Shown piece by piece: positions 41,360 to 51,025 of a DNA stretch of 64,000 bases. The notes beneath the pieces were generated by a model, which searched no databases, had not been told where the DNA came from, and was given only the letters and a program-made list of their open reading frames with translations. The position numbers and the translations under genes were made by a program. The first letter of the stretch is position 1. Each line of letters begins with the position of its first letter. Where the stretch lies: positions 32,001-96,000 of IMG/VR virus record IMGVR_UViG_3300044642_000074. One strand, given 5' to 3'. Origin of the DNA: a virus.

Positions 41360-41588
41360 ATATTTTAGGGTATTTACGCAGTATATCTTCCCTAGTAATC
41401 TCATGTCTGCCTGCTTCTACACTAATTATAAACAGCTCATCATACAGACTATCTTTTATGCAGGATATAGAGTCTAGTTGTTTATTTAATTCAGGAATTT
41501 GTTTTACCTGCTGTTTTAAATCAAACAACGTGTAGAACAGTAGCCCTATGGTACTGATACTCAGTATCGGGCCTATATACTTTTTCAT
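41319..41588 (-). CDS. Hypothetical protein with N-terminal TM helix and coiled coil
   Basis: ORF in operon; hydrophobic N-terminus. Confidence 0.55.
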   Translation of the reverse strand: MKKYIGPILSISTIGLLFYTLFDLKQQVKQIPELNKQLDSISCIKDSLYDELFIISVEAGRHEITREDILRKYPKIYEEYNSYLETQTE

Positions 41589-41866
41589 AAGAATTGATAT
41601 TTAGAACATTTACTAATAAGATCTTCATCTTCAGGCTTAAGTTTAGATAACCTACAGGCTACCTCCTTACCGTATTTTGAAGAGAATACTCTGGTTTTTG
41701 TTGTACATCTTTGTTGTACTTGGCTTGCACTTAGTCCTAGCTTATGTGCTGCTTTTGCAAAGCTGGGGTATACACCCACAAGCCGCTTATCTGTTGGATC
41801 ATAGACTTTTATACAGGTGTCTTTATGCAATCCGTTCAGGTCATCTTTCATTGATATCATATCCAA
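41585..41866 (-). CDS. NUMOD1-like HTH DNA-binding protein
   Basis: VYD...VGVYPSFAKAAHKLGLSASQVQQRC pattern. Confidence 0.55.
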   Translation of the reverse strand: MDMISMKDDLNGLHKDTCIKVYDPTDKRLVGVYPSFAKAAHKLGLSASQVQQRCTTKTRVFSSKYGKEVACRLSKLKPEDEDLISKCSKYQFL

Positions 41867-41919
41867 TCTATAGAACTTGTAGAGGTAAAAGTAGAGAACT
41901 TATCTAACATCTACAAATA

Positions 41920-41950
41920 AATAAGGGGGAAAATTTACTTCCCCCTTATT
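41920..41950 (-). terminator. Hairpin terminator
   Basis: AATAAGGGGGAA-aatttac-TTCCCCCTTATT, a perfect 12-bp stem after the 41955 stop. Confidence 0.7.
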
Positions 41951-41954
41951 GTTA

Positions 41955-42179
41955 TTAGTCAAAGCTTATATCTCTGTTACTCATGTACTCTCGTAGAAGA
42001 TCTCGGATCTCCTGGTACGCGTCATACTTGTCTTGAGATAGGTCGTCAGAAGCATATTTAGTTTTAGCTCTTAGTTCCTGATCAAGATCCCAGCATACTA
42101 TATACCAGCTAGTAGCATTGGTTGCCATCTTAAAATCTTCTTGGTCATCGGGTAGATTGAACTCTAGAATTGCTTTCAT
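41955..42179 (-). CDS. Conserved phage hypothetical protein
   Basis: MKAILEFNLPDD N-terminus, recalled as common in aquatic phages. Confidence 0.6.
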   Translation of the reverse strand: MKAILEFNLPDDQEDFKMATNATSWYIVCWDLDQELRAKTKYASDDLSQDKYDAYQEIRDLLREYMSNRDISFD

Positions 42180-42408
42180 CGGTAAGGATTTTACTGTGAT
42201 TAAAAGGATAATATTCTTCTAGAGCACGTTTGTAAAACTCCATCTCCAGGCTATCCTTTTTGTACAGGATTTCCTGGTGTGTGAGTTTACGAGTAGCTCT
42301 GTTTTCTTTTTCTCTTTGGTACAGCCAGTAGCAACACACGGCTAGTATACTAAAGAAGACAGCTGGTACTACATAAAAACTAAAGAAGTTACTAAGCTTT
42401 TGTTTCAT
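42145..42408 (-). CDS. Hypothetical membrane-anchored protein
   Basis: N-terminal TM segment; overlapping operon structure. Confidence 0.5.
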   Translation of the reverse strand: MKQKLSNFFSFYVVPAVFFSILAVCCYWLYQREKENRATRKLTHQEILYKKDSLEMEFYKRALEEYYPFNHSKILTDESNSRVQSTR

Positions 42409-42622
42409 AGTATAGCTTTCTTACTTTTACTCCCAGTTCCATATCATTGGAAGTATTAATAATCATTTTTTCAGGTACCGCAATATGTGTACGGTTGGTT
42501 CCTTCCCTGTAACATTTGGAACAGAGTTGACCAAATCCTTCTATATAACCTATCCGTAAGTCTATATGGGTAGTGTCATCATAGGGAGTTTCTACTTTAC
42601 ATAGGATACAACTGTCTTTCAT
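42392..42622 (-). CDS. Small zinc-ribbon protein
   Basis: CILC...CSKC. Confidence 0.55.
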   Translation of the reverse strand: MKDSCILCKVETPYDDTTHIDLRIGYIEGFGQLCSKCYREGTNRTHIAVPEKMIINTSNDMELGVKVRKLYYETKA

Positions 42623-42634
42623 AGTAATTGGATT

Positions 42635-42892
42635 TTATAGGTCTACATTGATGTACTCATTTGTTTGTTTCCATCTAAGTTGTAAATCTTCCCAGTAACC
42701 TGTTTCATCATTGAACCGGTTACAAATTGTAACCAACTCAGGAAAACCAAGAGCTATCTTAGCTCGGTTTTTTCTATCAAGTTTCCAAATGGCTTCTATA
42801 AGAGCAGTCATGCCGCTGCCTGCCATGCCTTTTTTGTAGTGCATAAATACTACTTCTGCTTCTGTCAATTGGGGTCTTTTTTCTGTGCTCAT
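42635..42892 (-). CDS. Hypothetical protein
   Basis: ORF in operon, ATGA-coupled. Confidence 0.55.
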   Translation of the reverse strand: MSTEKRPQLTEAEVVFMHYKKGMAGSGMTALIEAIWKLDRKNRAKIALGFPELVTICNRFNDETGYWEDLQLRWKQTNEYINVDL

Positions 42893-43581
42893 AATGTTAA
42901 AATATTTCCGTGTGATGTAAGTCCAAGGTCAAACCTGCCATCGTACACACAGGCTGCATTTGAGAATACAGTTTTGGTACGGGAATAGTGTGCCACTCCT
43001 TGGTTAGTGTCAACACCCTTCATATTATGTATATGACCGAAACAAACTAGCTTTAATGTGTCCTTTAGAGCCCAGCATCTTTTCATAAGAGACAGGTCTC
43101 CACACATTTCTAGGTCTCCTTCTCGGTCAAAGCTTAAGTCCCTGACTCCTTTCGGGGGTCCGTGGACTATTAATACATCTGTGTCATCAGGAATCATCTG
43201 CCACACTTTATGTGTTTTGTCTCTTGCTTTCATGAATGACCAGTCACAAAAGCTTGGGGTAATAGGACTACCGTAGAACTTGACTCCGTCTATAATAGTT
43301 GCTTGGTTTTCTAGGTAGATAATTCCGGCTTCAGCAAAATACCCAGGGGTAACTAGACGACGTTCTATGGAAGTATCATGATTACCTGCTACATAGATCT
43401 TGTGTTTTACAGGTACATTTTTGTACCACTCTATAAAGTCTAGTACTTCGTTGCTGTTACGATACGGGTCTCTGTAGTTACTGCAGTCACCACTGTGCAC
43501 TACTACGTCTATATCCTGAAATCTTTCATCAGGAAATGTACCATGAAACCCATGAGTATCAGATATGTGTAGGATCTTCAT
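42889..43581 (-). CDS. Metallophosphoesterase (MPPED/239FB-like)
   Basis: HISDTH, HSGD, AGNHD, HGPP and FGHIH motifs. Confidence 0.88.
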   Translation of the reverse strand: MKILHISDTHGFHGTFPDERFQDIDVVVHSGDCSNYRDPYRNSNEVLDFIEWYKNVPVKHKIYVAGNHDTSIERRLVTPGYFAEAGIIYLENQATIIDGVKFYGSPITPSFCDWSFMKARDKTHKVWQMIPDDTDVLIVHGPPKGVRDLSFDREGDLEMCGDLSLMKRCWALKDTLKLVCFGHIHNMKGVDTNQGVAHYSRTKTVFSNAACVYDGRFDLGLTSHGNILTL

Positions 43582-43783
43582 TGTTTAAATATTTTTCCTC
43601 ATTAATGTAGTTTTCAGCATCATTAACATGATTACATTGAGCATCCGTATAACCCACATTATAGTCGGCTATTCGTTGCTGATACTCCATCTGTCTAGCT
43701 TGTTCTATTAGTTCAGCTACTTTATCGTAACTGGTTCTATTAATTCTAGAAACTAGCCAATCAACTACAGTTTGCTTTATCAT
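43559..43783 (-). CDS. Hypothetical protein
   Basis: KQTVVDWL...AxQME pattern recalled from Bacteroidota phages. Confidence 0.55.
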   Translation of the reverse strand: MIKQTVVDWLVSRINRTSYDKVAELIEQARQMEYQQRIADYNVGYTDAQCNHVNDAENYINEEKYLNNEDPTHI

Positions 43784-43793
43784 ATAATGATAT

Positions 43794-44510
43794 TCATATT
43801 AGTTTTTCTTTACGTAGTATACTACCTACAGTAAAGAGTAATGAAACCATGTCAGAGCCGTTCATAATCTTATGATCAAAGTCCCAGTTGTCTAGTCCAG
43901 TCTCAGAAGGGTGTGCATTTATTGCACTAACTCCAGGACGGTCTACTCGGATTACTATACCACCTGCATCTTTAATAGCTTTAGCTTCATTAGGAAAGCG
44001 TGTGTCTGTAATAATCCAGTTGTTACAGTCCCAACCATTAGGGGCACGGTCTGCAGGAACACATTCATAGTCTGCCATCAAAGCATTGACCCAGGTGTTT
44101 TCATGTAGTCCTGTACGGAGACCTTCTGTACCAAGTTTTTGTAAGAAGTCTCTTACAGTCATTGGTGTTTGTGTATCTGTCCAATCTTCTACATGCCCGT
44201 CATAATATTCACCGAATGTTCTTACTGTTTTATTCCATTCAGGTCCAAGGTTGGTCTTCTTGAATTCCTGGTCTTCAAACTTCTCTTCCGGGATTCCGGT
44301 AAGTAGTGACGCTATGGTCTTAAGCTTACCGGCCCATTTCTTAATTTCCCATCCGGACTTTTCTTCTATCCACCACTCGTTGTGAGCGTAGTCTTTAAGT
44401 ATGTCATCTATGTCTTGACCTTCGGGTAGATCATTACATGCGGCTATTTGTATTAGTTTGCCTACTGTGTCTTTACCAGATCCAGAGTAGCCGTTTATAC
44501 CGATTATCAT
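43794..44510 (-). CDS. Deoxynucleoside monophosphate kinase (T4 gp1-like)
   Basis: GYSGSGKDT P-loop, RDFLQKLGTE, ITDTRFPNE and HPSE motifs. Confidence 0.88.
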   Translation of the reverse strand: MIIGINGYSGSGKDTVGKLIQIAACNDLPEGQDIDDILKDYAHNEWWIEEKSGWEIKKWAGKLKTIASLLTGIPEEKFEDQEFKKTNLGPEWNKTVRTFGEYYDGHVEDWTDTQTPMTVRDFLQKLGTEGLRTGLHENTWVNALMADYECVPADRAPNGWDCNNWIITDTRFPNEAKAIKDAGGIVIRVDRPGVSAINAHPSETGLDNWDFDHKIMNGSDMVSLLFTVGSILRKEKLI

Positions 44511-44854
44511 AGTTCATTTAGTTTTATATCAGGGAAAGGGATTGAGTTCTTTTTCCATTCTGCTGCTTCTTCTTTATTCAGGAGTACATCTTTGATCTGG
44601 ATCTTTCTATCTTCTTTTAACTTTCTTAAGGACTTGGATTGTTCTTTACTAGTGAGGTGCCAGCCATGGCAATGCTTACAATAGTAGTACCTGCACTGTC
44701 CTGGCTTACCAGCCCGTCTGTTAACCCTTTTACCTTGTATGTGATCATAGAATCTACCTGTTGATTTTATTCTTGTTATGGCTTCCTTAGCAGCTCCTGG
44801 ATCAGGATACCTCATTTTCCCTGTAGCTTTGCATTTGTTGCTCAGGTTCTCCAT
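44507..44854 (-). CDS. Small basic Zn-binding phage protein
   Basis: C..TGK.RY and YYCKHCHGWHLTS. Confidence 0.6.
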   Translation of the reverse strand: MENLSNKCKATGKMRYPDPGAAKEAITRIKSTGRFYDHIQGKRVNRRAGKPGQCRYYYCKHCHGWHLTSKEQSKSLRKLKEDRKIQIKDVLLNKEEAAEWKKNSIPFPDIKLNEL

Positions 44855-45188
44855 ATTTCTCTATTAGAAATTTATCTATGACGTCTACTATTTCTTCCAT
44901 ATCATCTGGTTTAATCCTCATAAGCTGTTCTGTAAGAACCATTACATAAACCAGGTCAGACTTATCTAGATCTTTCTTTACTTTCAGTACACTGTCAGAA
45001 CTGGGAAGCAGATCACAGATTGTGTTGATAGCTCCAGTTACTTTAGTTAGTGCACTGTTTAATACATGTTTTTGTTTCTGACTGGTCAGGGCTTTTGCAT
45101 AGTCTATTCTGATCTCTATACACTTGGCGTGCTGGAGTACTGACTGAAATAACTCACTAACCGTATGTTGACTTAGTACTTCTGCCAT
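44802..45188 (-). CDS. Hypothetical protein
   Basis: ORF in operon. Confidence 0.55.
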   Translation of the reverse strand: MAEVLSQHTVSELFQSVLQHAKCIEIRIDYAKALTSQKQKHVLNSALTKVTGAINTICDLLPSSDSVLKVKKDLDKSDLVYVMVLTEQLMRIKPDDMEEIVDVIDKFLIEKYGEPEQQMQSYRENEVS

Positions 45189-45191
45189 AGG

Positions 45192-45225
45192 AAAAGGCGG
45201 GGGTAGAAGAACTACCCCCTTCTTT
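45192..45225 (-). terminator. GC-rich hairpin (terminator or attenuator)
   Basis: GGGGGTAG-aagaa-CTACCCCC in a 39-nt intergenic gap. Confidence 0.55.
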
Positions 45226-45227
45226 TA

Positions 45228-46052
45228 TTAGTTAAACATTACACCGTAAGCGGTATTGAATTCCTGTTCCTCCTCTGTTTCTACTATATTCAGAATTTCT
45301 TCAGTATCTTCTTCTACAGCAGCGTAAGTGTTTTGAAGCTGACCCAACTCGTTCACAAAAAAGTTGTGGACTTTCTGGTGATCACTGAGATAGTTCAGTG
45401 GATGAGAATCTTTAAGAGCCAGTGTGACGTGGTTATAAAGATCCCAAGCTGAGTTAGGATTAATACTGTACTGGTGAGTAGGCTTTTCAATCTCTCTTTG
45501 TACCATACCGATTTGTGTGAGCGTGAGAATCTCCTGCTCTATAAATAACCTGCCTATCATAGAACCTTGTTGTGACTTGGTTAAGTGTACCTGTTTAAGC
45601 ATCTCTTTGTCTGCTACCAGGTTATTATAATATTCCTTGGCATGATTAATCTGAAACTGGATAGAATTGGTTACATCTACTAATGCAGAGCCGGTATGCT
45701 TGCGTTTATAGTTAGCCAAATCTCCTGAGACTACTCCGTTCATACAGATAAAGACCTGTGCACCAACGGCACACTTGAACCTCATCATCTTGTTATAAGA
45801 GTTAGACCAGGCAAACATGAGACCCATGTCTTGGTCTGTTCCGTAGTTCAGGTGATAAACACCTTGAGCTACTTGTCCATCAAGGCTGGTTTTATACAGC
45901 TCTTGGTTGATTACAAAGCCAGCGTTGGCTAGTTCTGCACGGGTCTGGTCAATGACGTACCCATGTGGGATTACTGTGTAACGCTTACCATGTTGAGGTA
46001 ATGCTGCGTTACGGATGTGCTGCTCAGTTACAAATTGTGTTTTTACTGGCAT
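45228..46052 (-). CDS. DUF932-like phage protein
   Basis: NSYN...F.CMNG...RKHT...SAWDLYNHVT pattern. Confidence 0.65.
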   Translation of the reverse strand: MPVKTQFVTEQHIRNAALPQHGKRYTVIPHGYVIDQTRAELANAGFVINQELYKTSLDGQVAQGVYHLNYGTDQDMGLMFAWSNSYNKMMRFKCAVGAQVFICMNGVVSGDLANYKRKHTGSALVDVTNSIQFQINHAKEYYNNLVADKEMLKQVHLTKSQQGSMIGRLFIEQEILTLTQIGMVQREIEKPTHQYSINPNSAWDLYNHVTLALKDSHPLNYLSDHQKVHNFFVNELGQLQNTYAAVEEDTEEILNIVETEEEQEFNTAYGVMFN

Positions 46053-46062
46053 AACTGTGGTT

Positions 46063-48000
46063 TTAAAAAAGTGATAGTTGTGTAAATGACTTGGGTTTGA
46101 CCTTTTCTATCTGGGCTATCTGCTTGTATATCTCCTCTAGATAGTACTGTAGGTTGATGTCGTAAGAACTAAAAGGTTTGTCATTGTCTATGAAATTGAC
46201 TACAGTTTGTAGCCACTGTCCTGACTCTACTTGGATCTCTCTTCCGTCCTTATGACACTTTACAAGCTTGCCTCCTGTATTAGATACATAGTATCTTACG
46301 ATCTTCTGAAGACGTTCTATTGTTAGCTGACCTTCTACTATATTTCTTTCTTCATAGTACCAGCCGGCTTTAGCTTTTACACCTGCACAATAGTCTGTGA
46401 TATCTTGATTCTGAGCCAAGAAGTCTTCAGGCATAATACCGTTTACAAAATAGGCGTAGATAGCTTTGGGGATTATCAGAAAGCTTTTGTTCTTATGAAA
46501 GACAGCTACTTTCTTTTTATCTAGATCCTCCCATTCAAACGCACCCTTGCATTTTACTTTGTCTTTGGTAGTGATGGCTATGTAGTTATTCACGTCCCTG
46601 ATAATCATCTTCTTGTACTGGTCGTGTTCAAGTGCGAGCTGGGTCATCTGCTCCCATTTGGAACAGATATCCATGTACTTGCCTACGGCAGCAGAAGGAA
46701 TCATTGTTTCCAGACCGTCTGTGTTTTGCATTAGCGGTATGGCGTCAGGTATCTCCGTACAGATCATTTCATAAAGCATGCTGAGTAACAGCTGCCCGTT
46801 AATAGTAATCTGCATAGTCATCCGGGGATCGTACAGAAAAGAGTTTTCATCACCTGTGAGACCGTAGGTTGAGTTCAGGATGATCTTGTAGACGTAGTTC
46901 TTGGGATCCGTTTTAGGAATCTTCTTACGTTCTTCAAAGAACCATTCGTACAATTCTCCAAACTCTTTCTTAGGAAGGTGTTCGGGATGAAACCCATTTT
47001 TGATAGCAAGATTAGGATAGAAGCTAGTAACATCTGAAGTCATTATTGTCCAACCAGGTTCAGCTTCATACAGACCTGCATCAGCTGCACCATGGATACC
47101 GCCAAGACCATAGTCTGTGCGTATACCACGATATGTAACACTGTGCTTGAAACCTTCCTTAGTAGAAGTGATAACTTTTTTTCTGAAGTAATCCAGTACT
47201 TCCTGGAACTCTGGCGTTTTAAACTGTACATAGGGAAGTATGCAGTCAGCCAAAATAATGTACGGTCTGGGAGTACGCAGCTGTTTGATATCAGCCTTGG
47301 CCCATCCGATCTTTTGATGCAGGAAGTGTAGGAATAGTTCTTTAGATATTCTTGGCTCTGAAGCACTGTATAGATCAATACCGTATTCTCTGGTCAGAGT
47401 CTGACGCAGAACGATCTGTTCTTTACTATGCTCTAGAATTTTCTTTGTAGACAGTACGTCGTTAAGACAATACTTGACTATCATTCCTAATTGGTTACTG
47501 TCTGTAACAGGTTGATAGTGCGGATGTGGCATCTCTTCTACATTCTGCCAATCCATAGAGTACTGTATCCATTTAAGAGAGCTCATCTTAGCACGGTTAT
47601 CCCAGTGGTTCATCTTAAAGAGATCAATTTGTCTGATCTTTAGTTTGAATAGGGGATACTCGGCAAACTCTCCTCTGTCAGTACGATTAATAGTCTTCTG
47701 AGCATAATCATATATGGCTTTGATTAACTCCTCTGTATTTAGTTTGAGAAGTTCTTGTTGATTGTCCAGCATCCATTGAGTTATCTGGGCATCAAAAGCA
47801 AGACCGTTATATGAGATATGCCATTCTTTATCTTTCTTACACCGGTTCAGAAACTTTACAAACTTTGCAAAGTCATTTCTGTCTTGGTGTATTACAAAGA
47901 CGTGTCTTACGTTATCATCTTTGTAATGCTGGAATACTGCCACGAAACAGTTTATAAGTGTTTCGTAGTCCATTACCCAGTGTGTTTTTTGGTTGGTCAT
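46063..48000 (-). CDS. polB: Family B DNA polymerase (crAss-like)
   Basis: Exonuclease DYE and YNGLAFD, YCLNDV; polymerase SDVTSFYPN, KIILNSTYG and NTDG. Confidence 0.93.
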   Translation of the reverse strand: MTNQKTHWVMDYETLINCFVAVFQHYKDDNVRHVFVIHQDRNDFAKFVKFLNRCKKDKEWHISYNGLAFDAQITQWMLDNQQELLKLNTEELIKAIYDYAQKTINRTDRGEFAEYPLFKLKIRQIDLFKMNHWDNRAKMSSLKWIQYSMDWQNVEEMPHPHYQPVTDSNQLGMIVKYCLNDVLSTKKILEHSKEQIVLRQTLTREYGIDLYSASEPRISKELFLHFLHQKIGWAKADIKQLRTPRPYIILADCILPYVQFKTPEFQEVLDYFRKKVITSTKEGFKHSVTYRGIRTDYGLGGIHGAADAGLYEAEPGWTIMTSDVTSFYPNLAIKNGFHPEHLPKKEFGELYEWFFEERKKIPKTDPKNYVYKIILNSTYGLTGDENSFLYDPRMTMQITINGQLLLSMLYEMICTEIPDAIPLMQNTDGLETMIPSAAVGKYMDICSKWEQMTQLALEHDQYKKMIIRDVNNYIAITTKDKVKCKGAFEWEDLDKKKVAVFHKNKSFLIIPKAIYAYFVNGIMPEDFLAQNQDITDYCAGVKAKAGWYYEERNIVEGQLTIERLQKIVRYYVSNTGGKLVKCHKDGREIQVESGQWLQTVVNFIDNDKPFSSYDINLQYYLEEIYKQIAQIEKVKPKSFTQLSLF

Positions 48001-48044
48001 GATACGGATGTTCAGTTAAGCTGTTCCCCCTTTTTACTGTTGCC

Positions 48045-48069
48045 AAAAAAAGGCAGAGTTAACTGCCTT
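48045..48069 (-). terminator. Rho-independent terminator
   Basis: Minus strand reads AAGGCAG-ttaact-CTGCCTT followed by a T-run. Confidence 0.7.
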
Positions 48070-48095
48070 GGTTGGTTTTGGTCATAGGGCTGTCC

Positions 48096-48500
48096 TTAAA
48101 CAGTAATAAGATTGGACGATGGAGCTTCTGTATAAGCCTGCTCCATGTATTGAGCATAGTCAAACACATCTGCGTTTATTGCAAAAGAGTTAACTATGTC
48201 TTTGATATCTTCTGGATTTTCTATGTAGTACTCGTAATAACTTTCTAATGTCTTACGCTCTTCAGCATAATCTTTACCATTAGCTCTACGTCCTACTTTC
48301 ATTGTTTTAACATCACCATGGTCATCAAGCTTGGCAACCATATGCATACTTTGTTTCTTTTCTTTACCGATCAAAGCAAGTACTTTACTATCACGGTCAA
48401 AAATTGCTTCGTTGTATGGGCAGTCAGCTTCAATAGGGATCATTTTAAATGTCTTATTGTTACCCCAGCTGCCGGTAACGAGCATCATTGATTTATTCAT
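48096..48500 (-). CDS. Hypothetical protein
   Basis: ORF with its own TAnnTTTG box and downstream terminator. Confidence 0.6.
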   Translation of the reverse strand: MNKSMMLVTGSWGNNKTFKMIPIEADCPYNEAIFDRDSKVLALIGKEKKQSMHMVAKLDDHGDVKTMKVGRRANGKDYAEERKTLESYYEYYIENPEDIKDIVNSFAINADVFDYAQYMEQAYTEAPSSNLITV

Positions 48501-48501
48501 A

Positions 48502-48530
48502 GTTCTACAGATTAGTTCTACAAAATTAAG
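48502..48530 (-). promoter_or_regulatory. TAATTTTG -7 box with tandem TGTAGAAC motifs
   Basis: Minus strand reads CTTAATTTTGTAGAACTAATCTGTAGAAC directly before the ATG at 48500. Confidence 0.6.
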
Positions 48531-49086
48531 TGGTTTTCTGCAAGATCTCCAAATCTTCTACAGGTATTTTTAAAGTTTCTTTTTTTAAGTCACATGGGTC
48601 ACATAGTTCCCCGATCTTTTGTAACATGTACAAGTCAACATCTAGTAGCTTGGCATAGACTTCATAGAACCTATCTGGAAACAGGTAAGATTCTATATAC
48701 TTATACTCACTAGATGTATCTCCATAGTAAGTCTTGATAGCCCGTTTTAACACAGGGGACAATTTGGAGTATTTACCCAGCATGAAGTTAAACCAGTCAT
48801 CCATATATGTTTGATAATCAAACAGATACAAATTGTAATCACGGATGTGAAGTACTTGGCTAAATAGTGGATTAGTTATGAGCATCTGCTCTTCAAAAAT
48901 CTTGTAGCCTTCACTCTCGTTTTCTTTATACGCACATACTAATTTCATATCCTCCGGCTCTACTATACCGTTAATTGATATATAGGTACCGGCAGGGGAG
49001 AAGTTCGCAGTCTTTTTTACTCCCAGGGCAGGGAATAAAAAAGACCTTGACTTCTGAAAATACTTGGTATACAAGCTATCTATCAT
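48526..49086 (-). CDS. Hypothetical protein
   Basis: 186-aa ORF in the replication block. Confidence 0.6.
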   Translation of the reverse strand: MIDSLYTKYFQKSRSFLFPALGVKKTANFSPAGTYISINGIVEPEDMKLVCAYKENESEGYKIFEEQMLITNPLFSQVLHIRDYNLYLFDYQTYMDDWFNFMLGKYSKLSPVLKRAIKTYYGDTSSEYKYIESYLFPDRFYEVYAKLLDVDLYMLQKIGELCDPCDLKKETLKIPVEDLEILQKTT

Positions 49087-49097
49087 TCCGTTCTCTT

Positions 49098-50126
49098 TTA
49101 GAGAACTACGAGACCTTGAGCAAACTCATAAGGAAGATCGTAGCTCCTGTTTTGATAATGCCATTCTGCTTTCTTTATACATTCTGTGAACCGGTCCAAC
49201 CAACTGTTCAGGGTTTTTTCAGATACAGGGAAAGCATAACTTTGGAACGTACGATCAATTACCACAAAGTGGAACTTGACCTGGTATCCATTGTTTAAAA
49301 GTTGAGCGTATACTTGACTTACCATGATCATGTAGACCACAGCTTGAAGCCAGTAAGAATAATACTCTATACTCTCAGGAAAATCCTTGAGATCTTTGGA
49401 TGTAGTCTTGATATCATTAACAAAGATTGTTCTATTATCATGATCTATAACCAGGTTGTCTATTATACCTTTAAGTCCATAAGCTTGGTTAGGTAAGTCT
49501 ATCAGTATGTTTTTTTCATTGATAACTTCTTTGTTATCAAAATCAGTTACATTACAACCGATAAGGCTGCATACCTGCTGGTTGGTCTTTATAATTTCTA
49601 CTGCGTCTTGGCAGAACTTTAAGGTGTCAGGATCTACAAGAGTCTTGTTACCTTTAGTTTTTAAGAACTCCCAGTAGCTTACTGCTTCTGCAGTGATGAT
49701 TTTATCAAGACGCTGCTGGTCAGTCTTCAGGTTCTGGAAGTAGTTCATATCTGCCATAACATCCAGAATAGCTCCGTCAAACTGTGCAAGTTCTGTACGG
49801 TCGTCACCGTTGCGAGAGAGTTCTGCATAGTGACGAAACACACGGTCTATTACTGTTCTTAAGTTGCCACTAGGAATAGTACCAGGGGTCATCATAAACT
49901 CCTCAGCAAACATTTCAGGTTCTAAAAGCAGAAGATGTATAAGCTTACCTTGAACAAGGTGTTGCTCTAGCTTTTCTTCTTTTAGTCCTAGTACATACAT
50001 CTGATAAAAGATCTGAGGATTCCAGATCAGTTTATTCAGGCTACTATAAGAGTAATAAAACTTTTTACTGTAAAAGTCTTTTTCTAAGATCCCTACGGAT
50101 TCTTGCATGATAGATTCTAGTTCCAT
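49098..50126 (-). CDS. PD-(D/E)XK exonuclease (RecE/ExoVIII-, Cas4-like)
   Basis: SYSSL, GKLIH, KGIIDNL, NDIKTT and YWLQAVVY motifs. Confidence 0.82.
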   Translation of the reverse strand: MELESIMQESVGILEKDFYSKKFYYSYSSLNKLIWNPQIFYQMYVLGLKEEKLEQHLVQGKLIHLLLLEPEMFAEEFMMTPGTIPSGNLRTVIDRVFRHYAELSRNGDDRTELAQFDGAILDVMADMNYFQNLKTDQQRLDKIITAEAVSYWEFLKTKGNKTLVDPDTLKFCQDAVEIIKTNQQVCSLIGCNVTDFDNKEVINEKNILIDLPNQAYGLKGIIDNLVIDHDNRTIFVNDIKTTSKDLKDFPESIEYYSYWLQAVVYMIMVSQVYAQLLNNGYQVKFHFVVIDRTFQSYAFPVSEKTLNSWLDRFTECIKKAEWHYQNRSYDLPYEFAQGLVVL

Positions 50127-50443
50127 CCTTCTTCGGGTTTTTGTTTTAGTAATTTCATAGCGGCATCACATAGTTGCATGCCGCTGATTTGGTTACCTGC
50201 TACTATACTGTGTTCATCGGAAAACTCCGGATACTTTTCTACAAAGAGTCTAGCTACTCCTCTCCAGCTGTGTGTGTTTATATCTTCAGGACCGTCACCT
50301 ACACGCCAGTTTCGGATGTCGGTTACCATACTTTGAGAAAGATCATTGTTTAGTCCGTTTATAATCTTTTCTTCTGCTTCTTGCATGAACTTATTTAACT
50401 GCTGGTATTCTTCAGATTGAAACCATTCTTTAAAAGTTGACAT
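50117..50443 (-). CDS. Hypothetical protein
   Basis: ORF in operon. Confidence 0.55.
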   Translation of the reverse strand: MSTFKEWFQSEEYQQLNKFMQEAEEKIINGLNNDLSQSMVTDIRNWRVGDGPEDINTHSWRGVARLFVEKYPEFSDEHSIVAGNQISGMQLCDAAMKLLKQKPEEGWN

Positions 50444-50870
50444 CTGGTTTAGCGTTTAAGGGTTTCCAGTTATGTTTATCTCTAGCACAATTTTGACAGA
50501 GTACAGTAATCCATCCGCTAGTATGGCCGATATTATCTTCTGACCCACACTCTTGACAAGTATATGAGCAGATATACTCAGCCATGTTAATCATACCTTC
50601 TACAACTTCATCATGTCCGTCAGTATAGAAGCGTAAGCCTCCAAACTTTTCTTTCATTTGACTGCAGGTAACTTGGGCCGGTCTGTACTCACCATTTTTT
50701 GTATAGGAAATATGATTGTCTATATACCTTTGCATAGAACCACAGAGCTTATCTATTACTGGTAACCAACCGTCTGGTACACCAAACCAGTTTACCATAC
50801 CAGGGTTCCCTTCGTACTGCTGAAATATCTTTGGATACTTCTGTATTAGTTGTTCTGTGGTGATGGCCAT
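50430..50870 (-). CDS. Conserved phage protein with C-terminal Zn ribbon
   Basis: QMKEKFGGLRFY, CQECG and GWITVLCQNC. Confidence 0.7.
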   Translation of the reverse strand: MAITTEQLIQKYPKIFQQYEGNPGMVNWFGVPDGWLPVIDKLCGSMQRYIDNHISYTKNGEYRPAQVTCSQMKEKFGGLRFYTDGHDEVVEGMINMAEYICSYTCQECGSEDNIGHTSGWITVLCQNCARDKHNWKPLNAKPDVNF

Positions 50871-51025
50871 ACTCCTAATTCTATTAGTTTTACACGGATA
50901 CGTTTTTCAGATTTAGTATCTACGGTATAAGCGTTCTCGTATTGGAGGAACTCTACTAGTTCATCGTATTTACTTTGCAGGTCTGCCACACTACTAGGGC
51001 ATGCTTTTACTTCTACGTTTTGCAT
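50846..51025 (-). CDS. 59-aa hypothetical protein, absent from the ORF track
   Basis: MQNVEVKACPSSVADLQSKYDELVEFLQYE...; TAATG coupling to the upstream gene; fills the gap. Confidence 0.55.
   Translation of the reverse strand: MQNVEVKACPSSVADLQSKYDELVEFLQYENAYTVDTKSEKRIRVKLIELGVWPSPQNN

Noticed and set aside
49098-50126. Cas4 as evidence of a CRISPR-Cas system
   Set aside because: No array or other cas genes; the Sak4/SSB context indicates a recombination exonuclease.
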